A stretch of DNA of 63,717 bases, filler included, from Cercozoa sp. M6MM (GCA_040357565.1; 8 parts of 8 records of this genome joined end to end with filler, not necessarily neighbours in it); one strand, 5' to 3'. Counted from the first letter of the whole stretch, positions 26,139 through 39,045 are shown. Notes: generated by a model from the sequence alone, not told the origin. Numbers and translations: made by a program.

Positions 26139-27076
26139 CGAAACCGAGAATACAAATAGAAAACTCCGTCGAAAAGCGAGGCAAAGAGTTTATGTATGTC
26201 AAGTAAATTTATATGTGCAGGCAGCAACTAAAGTTAAAACCCAAATCACATGCAAAATCGAAATCAAGGACGTACCCTCCCATTAGTTGCGTCATGAACG
26301 ATGGCGAAGGCGCGCCGTCACCGCTCGTAGTCTGTGCGAAACCAACTCACGAGTTCAGGGCGAGAAGAGCAAAACCACTCTTACCTCAGCAAAGAGTGAC
26401 GTGTTATCGTCTGCATAAAGCGAATCAGTCAAAGCGGTCATTGGCATCTGGTAGATGCTTTCAGGATCATCGTTGCTGGATGCCATTGCGTCCGAGCAAC
26501 CAATCACCGCGACGCCAGTCACAGGTCAACGAGCGATTGCTCCGCGCGGAGCGACTGCAGCGTTTTGAGCCCCTAGTTTTAAGCTGCAGGGCAACACTAT
26601 AGCAAAATTTAGCACAACAATGCAGCAATGCAACAAAAAGAGCACAGAAATGACAATAATCGACAAGGACTGAGAAAAGCTGCATCACGAAAATATGTCG
26701 TGTTGCGCTGGTTGCGTAGCGACCAGATCAAAGCATACGACACCCGAAGTGACGCAAGACTCGCACCTGGTTCGGTACACGGTCTCAGCGCTGCTGGCGG
26801 ACTTGATTTAACGCAATGCGCTTCCGTTTTGATTTCTTTATTTTTGTGCGGCGGGCACTGCTCGCCCGACCGTTTTACCGAGCCTTGTCGAGAGCACACG
26901 CAAACCGTTGATCGTACACCGTGCAAGGCATATCGCACTGCTGTGCTGCCTGTGTCTCTGTTCTTCCTGTCTCGGCGCTATTTTGATTTTGGCGGGAGCA
27001 AAATGGGCGTATCGTATAATATTGACGATTTAGTTCACAAAGACCAACGGACACAGTGTGGGATTGTTCGGTCGAC

Positions 27077-27774
27077 TTAGAGCATCTCCATGGAGCGACG
27101 CGCCAGGCGGCGGATGCGCTTCTTGAAGGCAGGGTAGTCGTTGCGGAACTGCACCGAGGCATCGACATTAGCGGGCGAGTCACAGTTCGGGTCGGCCAGC
27201 ATGGACACGACCGAGACCAGGATCTCTTCGACGCCGAGCACTGGACGCCACTTCTCATCGATAGACTCCTGCTGGTTGAGCGGGTCGTGCTCCGGGTCGT
27301 GCAGGATGCTGATGCACACACGGCCGTCCGGGTACCTACAGAAACAAACACAATATCTACAAAAGCCCTAAAAAATACCCTAAATAATACAACCAAGCCT
27401 ACACGTTGGGGTGCCAAAAGTCCGGCATCGTGAAGCGCATCGTCGGCGGCTTCTGCGGGAACTCGGGCGGAAACCTGCCGCAAACAGACTTGATAGATTG
27501 ATCGAGAATTTGCGAACGGAAGAGAACGTACTCCAGCGTGGCCGGGAAAAAACCGCCCTCCCAGATCGTGTCTTCGGGACCTTCGACGAGGATCTGCCAC
27601 TTGGTGATGTCGTTCTCGTCGACGAGACCGATCGAGAAGCCATTCTGCTCACAGGTCACGTTGCTCTCGAACAGCACAGCTTGCAACACAATGTACTGGC
27701 GGGTCACGCTCCATCTTGGCCAGCTGCCTTTGCAGCATCAGACGACCCATACTCGACATCTGCGGCTGCGACAT
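27077..27774 (-). CDS. UBE2G: Ubiquitin-conjugating enzyme E2, UBE2G/Ubc7 class
   Basis: WHPNVYPDGRVCISILH with an acidic loop insertion; PANVDA; 3 introns. Confidence 0.93.
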
Positions 27775-28067
27775 TTGCTTTCGTTTCGGCGACCCAACCA
27801 AGAAAAAACAGTCTTCCAAGGTTCTCTGGGATGGCTTGTTTTCGAATCTCGCTCCGGCCCGTCCCAGTGACCGGACACCTGCCTCTGATACAATATATAC
27901 ACAGGAAGCTAAGGACAAGCAGATTTGGCGGATCTATCGGAGCGCACCGCAGCCTTAAATGCCCGTTTCTCAGTCAGTACAGGACGCGGCTACGCAGGAG
28001 ATTTCCACTGTGCTAGTGAGATCTCGTGGGGTGCTGCTGCGTGCTGACTACTAAGCGTCGCGTTTCA

Positions 28068-29806
28068 ATGTCGTCGGAAGCGCCAATGCGCGACGACGAG
28101 GTTGACCCGACGCAGCAAAAATCGAGCCAGGCCGAAGAGACGCCAGGTGTCGCCGCTGCCGAGAAGGAGCCGACTGCCGAGGATGTGGCCACGGCCGCCC
28201 GGGTGCTCAAGTGGCGTTTTCCTTTCGTGTTCACTTTGTGTGAGTGAAGTGACACGTCATTTTTCTTGGAATGTGTAGGCACCTGGAGTCGCTCGAAAAG
28301 GCGCAGTGTCGCGCCAAGCGTTTCCGCGAGGTGCGCTGGCCCTTTTACCCCCCTGTTTACCCCCCGTTTACCTGTTCAACCCTGTTTACCTTCCTGTTTA
28401 ACCCTGTTTACGTCCTATATACCCCCCCCCGTGCAGGTGCGTATTGGTGTGCGCAAGCTGATGGACAAGATGAAGGCATGGGAGTACAAGGGCGGCACCG
28501 AGGTCGAGTACCAAGCCAAGCGACAAGTACCTCTCCTGTGGATTTTTTGTCTATACTTATACATATACCTATATCTTTACGTATATATATCTATATGTAC
28601 TTATATTTGTACATATATAGTTATACATACATAGGCATATACATGTATAATATGTATATAGTATATCGTATATATATACATATCGGTATGTAGGCACTGA
28701 TCGACCTGCGCAGTAAGCAGCGACGTCAGCGCGCGTACGATCAGAAACTCATTCGCACGCGCAACCTGCGGTACTTCCATTCTTTGGGCGAGGGTAGGGG
28801 GGTAAGATGTCTCTGTACAGCCGCGAGCGACTGGAGGCATTGAACGCACTGACGCGACCGACAGTGCAAATGCTCGAAGCGGCCGAGCAGGCCAACGCCG
28901 AGACGGTAGCTCCCTTAACCAAAAACATGGACTTAATTTTCTTTATTAAGGCCACATTTAGCTCTCGATCGAACCGGCCAAGAAGAAGCAGAAGACGCAG
29001 GAAAATACGGCGCTTGACGACGTCGAAATCGACGACGCCAAGGAGGCTGAGGTAGACTTACCCCCCCCTTTACCACCGTTACCCCCCCCCCCCATTCCCC
29101 CCCTTCCCCCCCCTCCCACAGGAAGCGATCGAGCAGGAGCGTCTCAACTTTCAGAAGTCGTGCTACGTCTGCAAGAGTCGCTTCGACAGTACGTATTATC
29201 TGAGTGAGGGGCGTTTCTTCTGAGAGTGACCACGTGGTCACTGTGACGTGGTCACTTTGAGGTGGTCACCTCAGTGGGCTCACGTGTGTGGCACGTGCGC
29301 AGAACTGCACCACTTCTACGACCAGTTGTGTCCGCGGTGCGCCGAACTCAACTGGCGCAAGCGCAACGAAACGGCGCCGCTGGACGGTGCGTTTCTCTCC
29401 CACTGGCTCACTTGGCACGTGCCTCACTTGGCACGTGTCACTGGGTGGTACTTTTTTGACACGTGGTGTACTTTTTGACTGGCGAGCGCAGGTCGAGTCG
29501 CTCTGCTCACAGGCGGTCGTGGTACTTTCTGCTCGGGTTGGCACGTGTCATGCAGTGCTCAGTTGGCACGTGCGCAGTCAAGATCGGCTTTGAGGCCGGC
29601 AAGAAGCTGCTGCGCGCCGGCGCTCACGTGATTCTCACGACGCGTTTTCCGAACGATTTGGTACTAAATATTGATCGATCACTGATCGATCATGATCGAT
29701 CATGATCGATCAAGTGGTAATTTGGAGAAATAAAAGGTTTAATTTTCTGAGCGCAGGTGCGTCGCTACAAAGAACTCGACGACTTTGCCGAGTGGAAGGA
29801 CCGACT
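28068..29806 (+). CDS. Short-chain dehydrogenase/reductase with N-terminal CxxC...CxxC (3' truncated at gap)
   Basis: CYVCK...HHFYDQLCPRC...GRVALLTGGRVKIGF...LLRAGAHVILTTRFP. Confidence 0.85.
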
Positions 29807-29859
29807 GTAGTTTCACTTCTCCGCGTTTACCCTCCTGTTTACCCCCCTGTTTACCCCCC

Positions 29860-29959
29860 NNNNNNNNNNNNNNNNNNNNNNNNNNNNNNNNNNNNNNNNN
29901 NNNTTAATTAATTAANNNNNNNNNNNNNNNNNNNNNNNNNNNNNNNNNNNNNNNNNNNN
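29860..29959. other. Assembly linker (N + TTAATTAATTAA + N); also at ~35115, 38898, 42015, 58307, 61037 and 62597; plain N gap at 61991-62090
   Basis: Identical 100-bp spacer carrying six-frame stops. Confidence 0.97.
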
Positions 29960-30972
29960 GTGTACTGCAGTGCCGGTAGCACGCACTGGTAGTTGGTCAT
30001 GCACTCCTGTGAGCACATGCAGGTGTCGCCGTTGGCCACTGACCCGACGGTCAGAGCACAGAACTCGCGGTCTCGTTCAGCGTCGTCGACAGTCAGTTGA
30101 GTTCCTGCAACAGTGCGTGCACTAAGAGTGTCAATCATGATTGACGATCCCTCGAGTTAGAAATACCCAAGTTGACGAGCGGAGGACAGATGGCCTCCTG
30201 CACATCGACCAGACAGTCACCCGCGCTGAGGATGCAAATGTCTCCAACGGTGCAGTCGCTGTCCGAGGCACAGCACAGTCCGAGTGTCTCGTCTGGGTCG
30301 GGGCACGGCACACGACTCAGTTTCTTTCGGTTCTCCAGTCTGCGCACCACCTGACCACTTTAGCAACCCACTAATATAGTAAGAGACCTAGCAGTACCCA
30401 AACATGGCGTAGGTGACGCACTCGAGCGTCAGCGGACTGCACTTGCCAAACCAGAAGCGCGAGCTCTGGCCCTGTGTGGCGGCGTTCCCGACCACGCAGA
30501 TGCTGCCGCTGGCACACGTGTCTTCTGCCGTCGTGGTGCTTGGGTCATAGTCAAAGATCACGCCGCCGTCGTATCGTGCACCGTCGAATGCGTCCGTTCG
30601 CGGAATGAAACTGAGTGACAGAGAATTCGAATTCGTCTCAACTCTACTCTTGAACAGTACAGGTAGGGCGAGCATACAGTGTGTTCGGGTCGTAGCTGGC
30701 GGCAAACAGCGTGCGCACCTCAGCCTCTGTCACGCAGCCATTCACCTGAGTGCAGCGATTCAATATTCCAGAAGTATCACCCCACCTGGTAAAATATGAA
30801 TTCCTTGTACCGGGTCGCACAGTCCGCTGCAGCAGTCGTAGTTTTTATCGCACTTGCCAGTGTGTACGCAGTTTCCAGAGTTGATGGTGACATGTCCGCC
30901 GAACTTGAAAGCCCGCACGTGCAGAGTGCAAAAAACGGCAGTCGCCAGAAGCGACTGCCACAACGATTTCAT
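29960..30972 (-). CDS. Secreted Cys-rich protein, paralogue A (3' truncated at gap)
   Basis: Signal peptide MKSLWQSLLATAVFC; CCSGLCD, CVVGN...SRFWFGKC, FCAL...CMC. Confidence 0.75.
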
Positions 30973-31243
30973 CTCTTTCCCGCGACGCAAAAGTCTCGTA
31001 CAGGGCGCAAACCCAATTTAGGCTACCCTAAGACCCCAGACCAGTTCCTTGTACCCGTTGGGGTGCTACTGTACGCCACGGTATTTGTCTGCCAAGCGCA
31101 GACGAAAAAACGAAAAAGGGTGCCAAACGAAATCTGCCAGAAAACTGAAAATCCAAGCATTTCGTATTTGCCCAGCTTAAAGCAGTATTAATTACTTGTA
31201 CTGTAGTAGTGATTTTTTGTTTGTTTTATTACACGACTTTCTT

Positions 31244-32230
31244 TTATGTTTGGCAAGTGCCACAGCAGTCGTTAACATCCGCGAGCATGCAGTTGTCGCT
31301 GTCGCACTGCTCGTCGTACCGACACCGCTCGTCATTGGGAAGGACACAGACATCGACATCGCACGTGCTGCCGATCGTACAATGGGCGTCGCTCCCTGAG
31401 CAACCGTCTGGAATGCCGGGCTCACTGAGGCAGTTCAGACCTCCCAAACCAAAGGCCCGGTCCTGGCACCGCCTGCCGGGTATGCAGTCGGCATCGGTCG
31501 TGCAAGTAGAGGCTCCGACTGTAATTGGTTGTTTCTGCAGTTTCAAATAGTTTCCACGTGAAGGAGTGAGGCCGAAACAGAAGGCATGTACCCAGCAAGT
31601 TCCCGTCAATGACAAGTCGTTCTGAATGTCAGTTTGTCCCACCAAGCTGCCTGCCGCAGCTGTGAAAATGAAAGGGAATAAACCAGCTAAATGCATTGTG
31701 CTGAAACTGCATGCATAGATACCCACAACGCAGACCAAATCTTGCGTTGCATCGCAGTCGGTGTTGCACATGCAGGGAGTTCCTGCGCCTGCCGGAGAAG
31801 CAGGGTCAAGAGCGCAGATGCCATCGGTACCGACGCCCTCCGGATCCAAGTTGCGTGACACAGGATTCGCCGTGATTTCGAGTCCAAACGAAAGGTATCC
31901 CTCCGCAACTACAGAACCCTTGGCAAGTGAACTAAAGCAGAAACAAGAAAGAAACTGTCAGTGTAATTTTACAGCTGGGTACTTCACCGATCTCCACTTC
32001 ACATGTGTTGATGCACTGCAGAGTCGAGTTCGCAGCTGTGCACGGGTCGGGTGAGGTAGACGTGAGACACGGACCTCCGAGACCCTACAGCCATAGTCTA
32101 TTTTAGACACACGGCACTTCAGGAAAAGCTGTACCAAATCTGGAGTCGGTGTGGCGTGCTTGAAGAGTACTTTGCTTTCCTTCACGCTGCGCATTTGATC
32201 GGGGTATATTACATACTGTAAACTACTATA

Positions 32231-32272
<42 letters not shown>

Positions 32273-32794
32273 AATTTATGCAAGTACCTCACAGCAATCT
32301 GCGGAACACACGCCGTCTCTGTCGGATCGCAATATCCGAGCTGCAACGATAGCAACCAATCAATTGCAAGGTAACTGAAAGCCTCACTGTACCCAGAAGC
32401 GAGTCGAGCAGGGCGCATTGTCGCCGTTGCCAATGACGCACGCTTTGTTTTCCGGACACACGCACTCGGAAGGCGTGCTACCCGAAGTGAAAAAGACCGG
32501 AATGCACGGATGCACGCCGAAAAAAGAGTCCGTGCGACACATGAAAGGAGAGCCGTTGATCGAGATGCGATTCGAGACAGACATGGCCTCAGTGGTTGAC
32601 AAGCACCCATTGTCCTTGTCGCACATGCCGGAACAGCACACGCTCGCATCAGGCAGTCCCGTGCTCGGACTGATGCACTTTCCTGCTGTCACACAGCTGG
32701 ACGTGGAAATCGTCACACCTGCCGGCGCGTTTGCTCTGGTACTGTCGGACAGTAGAAAAAACTGCAACACGAGCCGGAGACACTGTCGCCGCAT
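31244..32794 (-). CDS. Secreted Cys-rich protein, paralogue B
   Basis: Signal-like N-terminus; CCSGMCD, CVIGN...TRFWLGYC, ICAL...CMC; repeated C-x4-DC modules. Confidence 0.75.
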
Positions 32795-33192
32795 CGCAAA
32801 TATCTCCCTTCAGTCCAAAAAACCCGCCTCCCTTACTGCCTGTGAGCGTTTAGATCGCTTGTGCGATCAGGAGTGGACTAAATAGACGAAATGCGAATTC
32901 TTCCATCCGCGCAACTGCACGAAAAAGAGGAAAAACTCAGACCACGAAAAAGAACCCGCCATTTGGGAGCATCTCAGCGCAACTTAAAGGGACTCATACT
33001 GTTACCAATACGATTCTAAGGCAAATTTAGTTGGAGAAAACTCATGCTGTACCAAACTCTCCAACGGCAAAATTGTCAGTCCGTGCTGGAGATTTAGATA
33101 ACGTTCGCTGAGTTGTAGTTCGCTGGGAGCTCGCGTATAAGGTCTATTCAAGAGCAGACTACGCTAGCGTCAGGTGGGTAAAGTCCGTTGGC

Positions 33193-33669
33193 TTAGAACT
33201 CCATCGACTTGGCATCACGAAGCTCGGCGAGCCATTGCTCGAGGTCGGCGAGCGACTTGGTGCCATGGCGCCGGTTGTCGCGCGTGCGAATGTTGACGCT
33301 GCCGTTCTCGAGTTCGTCGGCGCCGACGACAAGCTGGAAGTTGTACTGCGAGAGCTGCGCCTCGCGGATCTTCTTGCCGATGTTGCGCGACGACAGGTCG
33401 ACGTCGCAGTAGTAGCCGAGCTCGTGCAGACGGTCGCGCACCTGCTGCGCGTAGGCGCCCTGCTTCTCGGCCGAGATCGGGATCACGATGGCCTGGCGCG
33501 GCGAGAGCCAGAAGGGCCACTTGCCGGCCACATGCTCGCACAGCACGGCCACGAAGCGCTCCACCGAGCCGAGGATGGCGCGGTGCACAATCACCGGCCG
33601 GTGCTGCGTGCCGTCCTTGTCGGCGTAGTGCAGGTTGAACCGCTCCTCGCTCGGACTGCACAGATATGC

Positions 33670-33712
<43 letters not shown>

Positions 33713-35071
33713 GTATAAATAAAGAAATATATAAATAAAGAAATAATAATACTAGAGATTAAAGAGAGGCTACAGCTGGAAGTCGAGCTGCACTGTGGCA
33801 CACTGGAAGGCGCGGTTCAGCGCGTCGTACAGCGTGATGTCAATCTTTGGTCCGTAGAAGGCACCTGCAATATACATATAGATATATATATATATATAGA
33901 CATCTATATAAATATACATATATAGACAACACTTAGCATATAGAGGAGAGCACCATCGCCAGGGTTGATGTCCCAGGTGAGCTTGGCCGCATCCTCGGCA
34001 CGCGCGGCGTTCTGATCCTCACAGAACGAGGTGAGACAGTTGGACAGCGCCTCCTCGGCCTTGTCCCACAGCGCGTCGTCGCCGAGCTTCTTCTCCGGAC
34101 GTGTCGACAGCTCGAGCTCGAAGCGGAAGCCAAAGACGCCGTAGATCTTGGCCATGAACTCGAGGCAGCTCTGGATCTCGCTCTGCACCAAAGTGCATTT
34201 ATTGATACAAATACATATGTATATATATATATATATAGAGGCAAAAAATATACAGATTTAAATGTATATTAATATATATACACAGGTGTGCAAGTGCAAG
34301 GGCTACCTCGATCTGGTCCATGGTGCAGAAAATGTGCGCATCGTCCTGCACGAAGCGTCGCACACCTGCCAGCCGAGCACACCATTAAATAGTATACATA
34401 CATAAAAAATAATAAACAAATAATTAAGACTATATATACAAGATGTTTAAGGGTGCAAAGCTACGGGTCAGGCCGGACAGGGCGCCACTGAGCTCGTTGC
34501 GGTGCAGCACGCCGAACTCGGCCATGCGGAGCGGCAGCTCGCGGTAGGAGCGAATGCGGTTGCCGAACACGAGGCAGTGGCCCGGACAGTTCATGGGCTT
34601 CATGGCGAACTTCTGCTTCTCGACCTCGAACGTGAACATGTCGTCCTCGTAGTGCGCCGCGTGGCCGCTCTGGTGCCACAGGTCAAAGTTGAACACGTTC
34701 GGCGTGATCACCTCCTGGTAGCCGCGCTCGTCGTACTCCGCGCGGATCTGCACCAATACAACACATCACCTATCTATATAGATCTATATATTATACCTAT
34801 ATATTATATATATATATATAGAGAGAGAGAGACAGGCAGGCCCACCATCTTGATCAGCGTGTTGTAGATGCGCGTGCCGTGCGGCAGCCAGAAGCACGAG
34901 CCCGGCGACATTTGCGAGTTGAAGTAGAACAGTTCCTGTGTTGCAACATAGTTAAGGCCGCGCACATCACCCGTTAAGGCAGAGGCAGAGGCCTACCTGC
35001 TCGACGCCGATCTTGCGGTGGTTGCGACGTGCAGCCTCCTCCAGCAGATGCATGTGCGCCTTCATCTTGTC
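33193..35071 (-). CDS. TARS1: Threonyl-tRNA synthetase, cytosolic type (5' truncated at gap)
   Basis: [67 protein letters not shown]. Confidence 0.98.
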
Positions 35072-35214
35072 CTACAGGGAGAGGAGGTAAAGGTAGTGTC
35101 CGCGGGGGGGGGGGNNNNNNNNNNNNNNNNNNNNNNNNNNNNNNNNNNNNNNNNNNNNTTAATTAATTAANNNNNNNNNNNNNNNNNNNNNNNNNNNNNN
35201 NNNNNNNNNNNNNN

Positions 35215-36844
35215 GTAGCTCTGGCCTCGTATCTAATCAGACAGGGGGGAGGGGGGTATGAGGCAGGTGTGGGGGGTATTAGAGGGTGTGGGGGGTATGA
35301 GGGGTGGGAGGTAAAACAACACTACTCTCTCGGGCGACATGTAGCTACTGGTGCCGACGTAAGTGTTGGCCTCGGCTGACGACGTCTCCAGTCGCCGGCA
35401 GATCCCAAAATCCGCGATCTTCACGCGGCCGTCCTGTAGACACAGAAGCAGATATACTCCCTTCCCTTCCTCCCACAAGAACACACAATCACCCTGTCAA
35501 TCAGAACGTTGCCGGGTTTAATATCGCGATGCATCCTGTACACAAGGTGTAGGGGTAGAGGATAGGAAGTTGGGGGTAAGAGTACTGTCGCAACGTGCGA
35601 TGCAGGTAGCACAGTCCGCTGACGAGTTGGAAAGCCACAGCGCGCAGCTGCGGCTCCGACAGAGCACCGTGCCGCTGCACAAAGTCCTCAAGCGACCCTC
35701 GGTCCATGTACTCGAGCATCAGCACGACCTGTCCATCGCGAAAGTATGCGCCGTGGAAACCGGCCACGAAATGACTGTCGCACTGCGCGTACGCTCGCAA
35801 CTCCTGCATCCAAGCATGCTGGCCTACCCTACCCTCCTACCCTTCAACTTCTACCCTAGCTACCTGGTTCATCTGATGTCGCTGCGGCTTATCGAACACG
35901 GACATGCGCTTGAGTGCCACAATCGTCATCGACACCGGGTCCAATGCCTTGCGCACTGACGATGAGTTGCCTCTGCAGGCCAGGGGCAAACGAGGTACGG
36001 GAGGGGGTAATGGGAGTAAAGGTAAAGCCAGAGGTAACTACCGCCCGATCGGTCGCATCCAAAGCAGCCCATCGACGTCGATCATCTGCGCGCGCTCCGT
36101 GCCAGCCGGAGCTATACAGGTCACCAGCGACGATACTTCCGTCTCCCTGTGGCCGGGTGTTAGTGTGTAGGGGGGTAAGAGAGTGAAAGGGAAAAGGGGA
36201 GTACTCTTGGTCGTTGGTGCGCTGCGTGTCGCACGTGCTTTCGGCCGCGTCTTTCGTCGGCGCGGCCGCATCAGCCTGCCGCACACGCACGATGCCGCCG
36301 CGTCCAATGGCGACGTCTCGGTCGCGATACACGTCGTCCTGCATTTGCCATATGAAACATTTATCATATTAAACAAACACACAGACACATTGAAAGCTAC
36401 ATTGGTCACGATGAATGAAGCTTGCATCGCCTGCGGAAGCAGAGTCGACTGGAGCGACACCGGGGTAGAGTCAGTTCCAGTTGCAGCTTGAGTCGCCTGC
36501 TCTTGCAGCGCTGCTAACGGAGCTACAGGAGCACCTGCTTGCTGGGAAGACGAGTTCCCCTGCACCGGTGTCACTCCATAAAGATCGCAAGTCGTGTCCA
36601 TCGAAGAGTCGAGCGACAAAGCCGCCAAATGCGAACGAAATCCCGCAATGTCCTTCCTCTCTGAAACTGCTTTTAAACAGTTGGAAATCGCGGAAACAAG
36701 TGAAACTTGATGCCTACCTGCGGGTTCACTGGAAGGAATGTCGCTCACGTTGTCTTCAAGATCTTCGTCCACAATCAGCGACGGCGGCCGCCGGAGCGAT
36801 CGCTTGCTTGCGAAACCACCAGCACCAAACAATGAGCGACTCAT
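35215..36844 (-). CDS. MAP kinase kinase (STE7/MEK family; 3' truncated at gap)
   Basis: N-terminal D-site KRSLRRPPSLIV; LEYMDRGSL, HRDIKPGNVL, KIADFG, ANTYVGTSSYMSPER. Confidence 0.92.
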
Positions 36845-37052
36845 GCGACTCGACTATTCTTCCTGCCGCCACAAAACAGAACTCAGCGAGGTGCTTAAAA
36901 GAAACATCAACTGGACCCACCAGTCAGAAAAAACGTTTGTCCACGTGGATGGTCACCCTGTGATCGTGAGCCTGAAGTCTCCCGACTGTGTCCAAACGCG
37001 GAAAATGAGTATGCAAGGGCTAAAGTGCGTCTGTGGCGTGATACGTAGCAAT

Positions 37053-37618
37053 TGATGATGCCAACGGTTGACGGAAACAGCAGGTCTCCCCCTGATTCTT
37101 TGAAGCGGCAAGGAGTACACCCGCCGGTGATCGGACAGCCCGATTCGGTCAGACCTAACGCGCGTAAGACGACCTAGAAAGCCCTGAGTCAGGAGCGCTG
37201 GTCTATGGTCCATTTCGATTATGATTTTTAATCCCAGAATCGGCGCTCCCGGTCTGGTCGAGCGGCATCCCTAAGAGCGGGTCAAGGTGTGTCTGGTGTC
37301 ATAGCGTCGGTCAGCATGCCGATGAACGGTACAACTGAGCGTATCAGTCGTGATGATGGTGGAAATGAAAAATTTGTTGCTGTATTTGGCGCACTGTGCA
37401 CACAGGCACTTCCGATCTGCTGCCGGCGCCGTCGGCAGACCCAATACTGGACTCGAACTCTTTGTTTCAAAAACGACGGTCGGTAGGGTCCTGTGTAGAA
37501 CTTGTGCGCAGTCCTGTGTCAACGAAAGCTCCTGTGTTTTTAGGCATTCCGACCGTTTGTGCGTGTGCTTAAGGGTACGTGTTTCTTGGGCCTCTTAAGC
37601 AGTTACAGTTGTACCTGA
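37053..37618 (+). ncRNA. Candidate structured RNA (two closed domains, C/D-box-like ends)
   Basis: At least seven nested stems of 6-11 bp with G-U pairs on the + strand; TGATGA at 37053 and CTGA at 37615. Confidence 0.55.
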
Positions 37619-37636
37619 AATGTGTACGTAGGTGGC

Positions 37637-38809
37637 ATGGTTAAGGCTGCGACGGGACAGACGTCGGCGCTGCGAGTGGCGGTGCCGGAAGAGGTGCGCG
37701 GCGACTTGGCACGTGGTCACCAGCTGGTGCTGCGATTGTGCCTGCCGTCGGGTGAGCACGTGCCGTGGTCACGCTACGAGGTCACTCTCACTGCCGGTGG
37801 TCACGAGTCAGTGGTACTCCTATTTTTCCGTGTCCGCGTGGACGCTTTTAACTCTTCAAACTACTGACAGGACCGAGTCCCTCGACTGGTGCGAATTCAG
37901 GTCGAACGACGACCGAAAACGCGGCACAATGTTCGTCCTTTTGTTTTACCCCCCCCCTCATTTTCTCCCATCTTACTTAATTTACCCTATTTATTCACTC
38001 TTATTTAACCCCTGCACTGGCTACAGTTGCGGTGGCGCAACGTGTACCACGAGGGCATCGATGTGACGCCACTGCTGCTGCGCTCGCGTGCTCGCGTCGA
38101 TCTCACGGCTGCTCGGACTGCCGACGACTTCTTTCCCTTTGTAGTTCTTACCCCCCTCTTTTACCCCTCCCCTTCACTCCCTTAATTCCCCCAGTTCTCG
38201 TGTAAGTTGGCGATTCCGCATGCACCGGCCAAGCCGCCGTACAACCCTCTGGCGAATGCGCCCAACAATCCCGACGAGTTCTCCTACAAGGTTTACCCCC
38301 TACCCCCTTCCCCTTACCTCTACCCTATACCCCTACCCCCCCTGTACCCCTACCCCCCCCCCCCCATAGGAGATGCCGGCAGCTTCGCTAGTTTTGGAAC
38401 AAGTCGCTGTTCGCGGTACATTTACCCCACTGTTTGTCCCCCAGTGTATCCTGCTTACCCCCTTTGTGCAGATATAGAAAGCCTAGTGCGCGAGGTACAG
38501 CAGCGCGACGCTGTTGAAACGCAACGCGACGACACTGTGCGGCAGATTCGACAGGTAGGGGTAAACGTGGGGGGGGGGGGTAAACAGGGGGTAAAAACGT
38601 GGTATGCGTGCAGGAGAAGCTCTCGTCGCTGCGCAAAAAACTCGACGAAACTCGCAACTGGATCGAGCGCGTTGAGACTGTACGTGTTTACCCCCCTGTT
38701 TACTCCCCTGTTTACCCCCCCCCCGTAGCAACAAGAGAAACGCTGCTGTTGCGGTCGCGTTGAAAATTTACAACGCTGCTCGCGATGCAAGTCGGCGTGG
38801 TATATTTAA
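37637..38809 (+). CDS. MYND zinc-finger protein (3' truncated at gap)
   Basis: Last visible exon reads KRCCCGRVENLQRCSRCKSAW. Confidence 0.7.
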
Positions 38810-38997
38810 TCCCCCCTTTAAGTCCCTCCCCCTAACCCCCTCCCCTTTAACCCCTTCCCCTTAACCCCTCCCCTTTAAGCCCCTTCCCTTTAACCCCNNN
38901 NNNNNNNNNNNNNNNNNNNNNNNNNNNNNNNNNNNNNNNNNTTAATTAATTAANNNNNNNNNNNNNNNNNNNNNNNNNNNNNNNNNNNNNNNNNNNN

Positions 38998-39045
<48 letters not shown>

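Noticed and set aside
29860-29959. Repeated TTAATTAATTAA within N runs as a biological repeat
   Set aside because: Artificial six-frame-stop linker; adjacency across these joins is not guaranteed.
37053-37080. Hammerhead ribozyme (TGATGA...GAAAC)
   Set aside because: Lacks the CUGA core and a viable stem II.
36970-37460. RNase MRP/P or U3 identity (GAAGTCTCCC, GGAAAA, ACCCAAT, GAGCGT words)
   Set aside because: P4 complementarity and the U3 box order/spacing could not be satisfied by eye.
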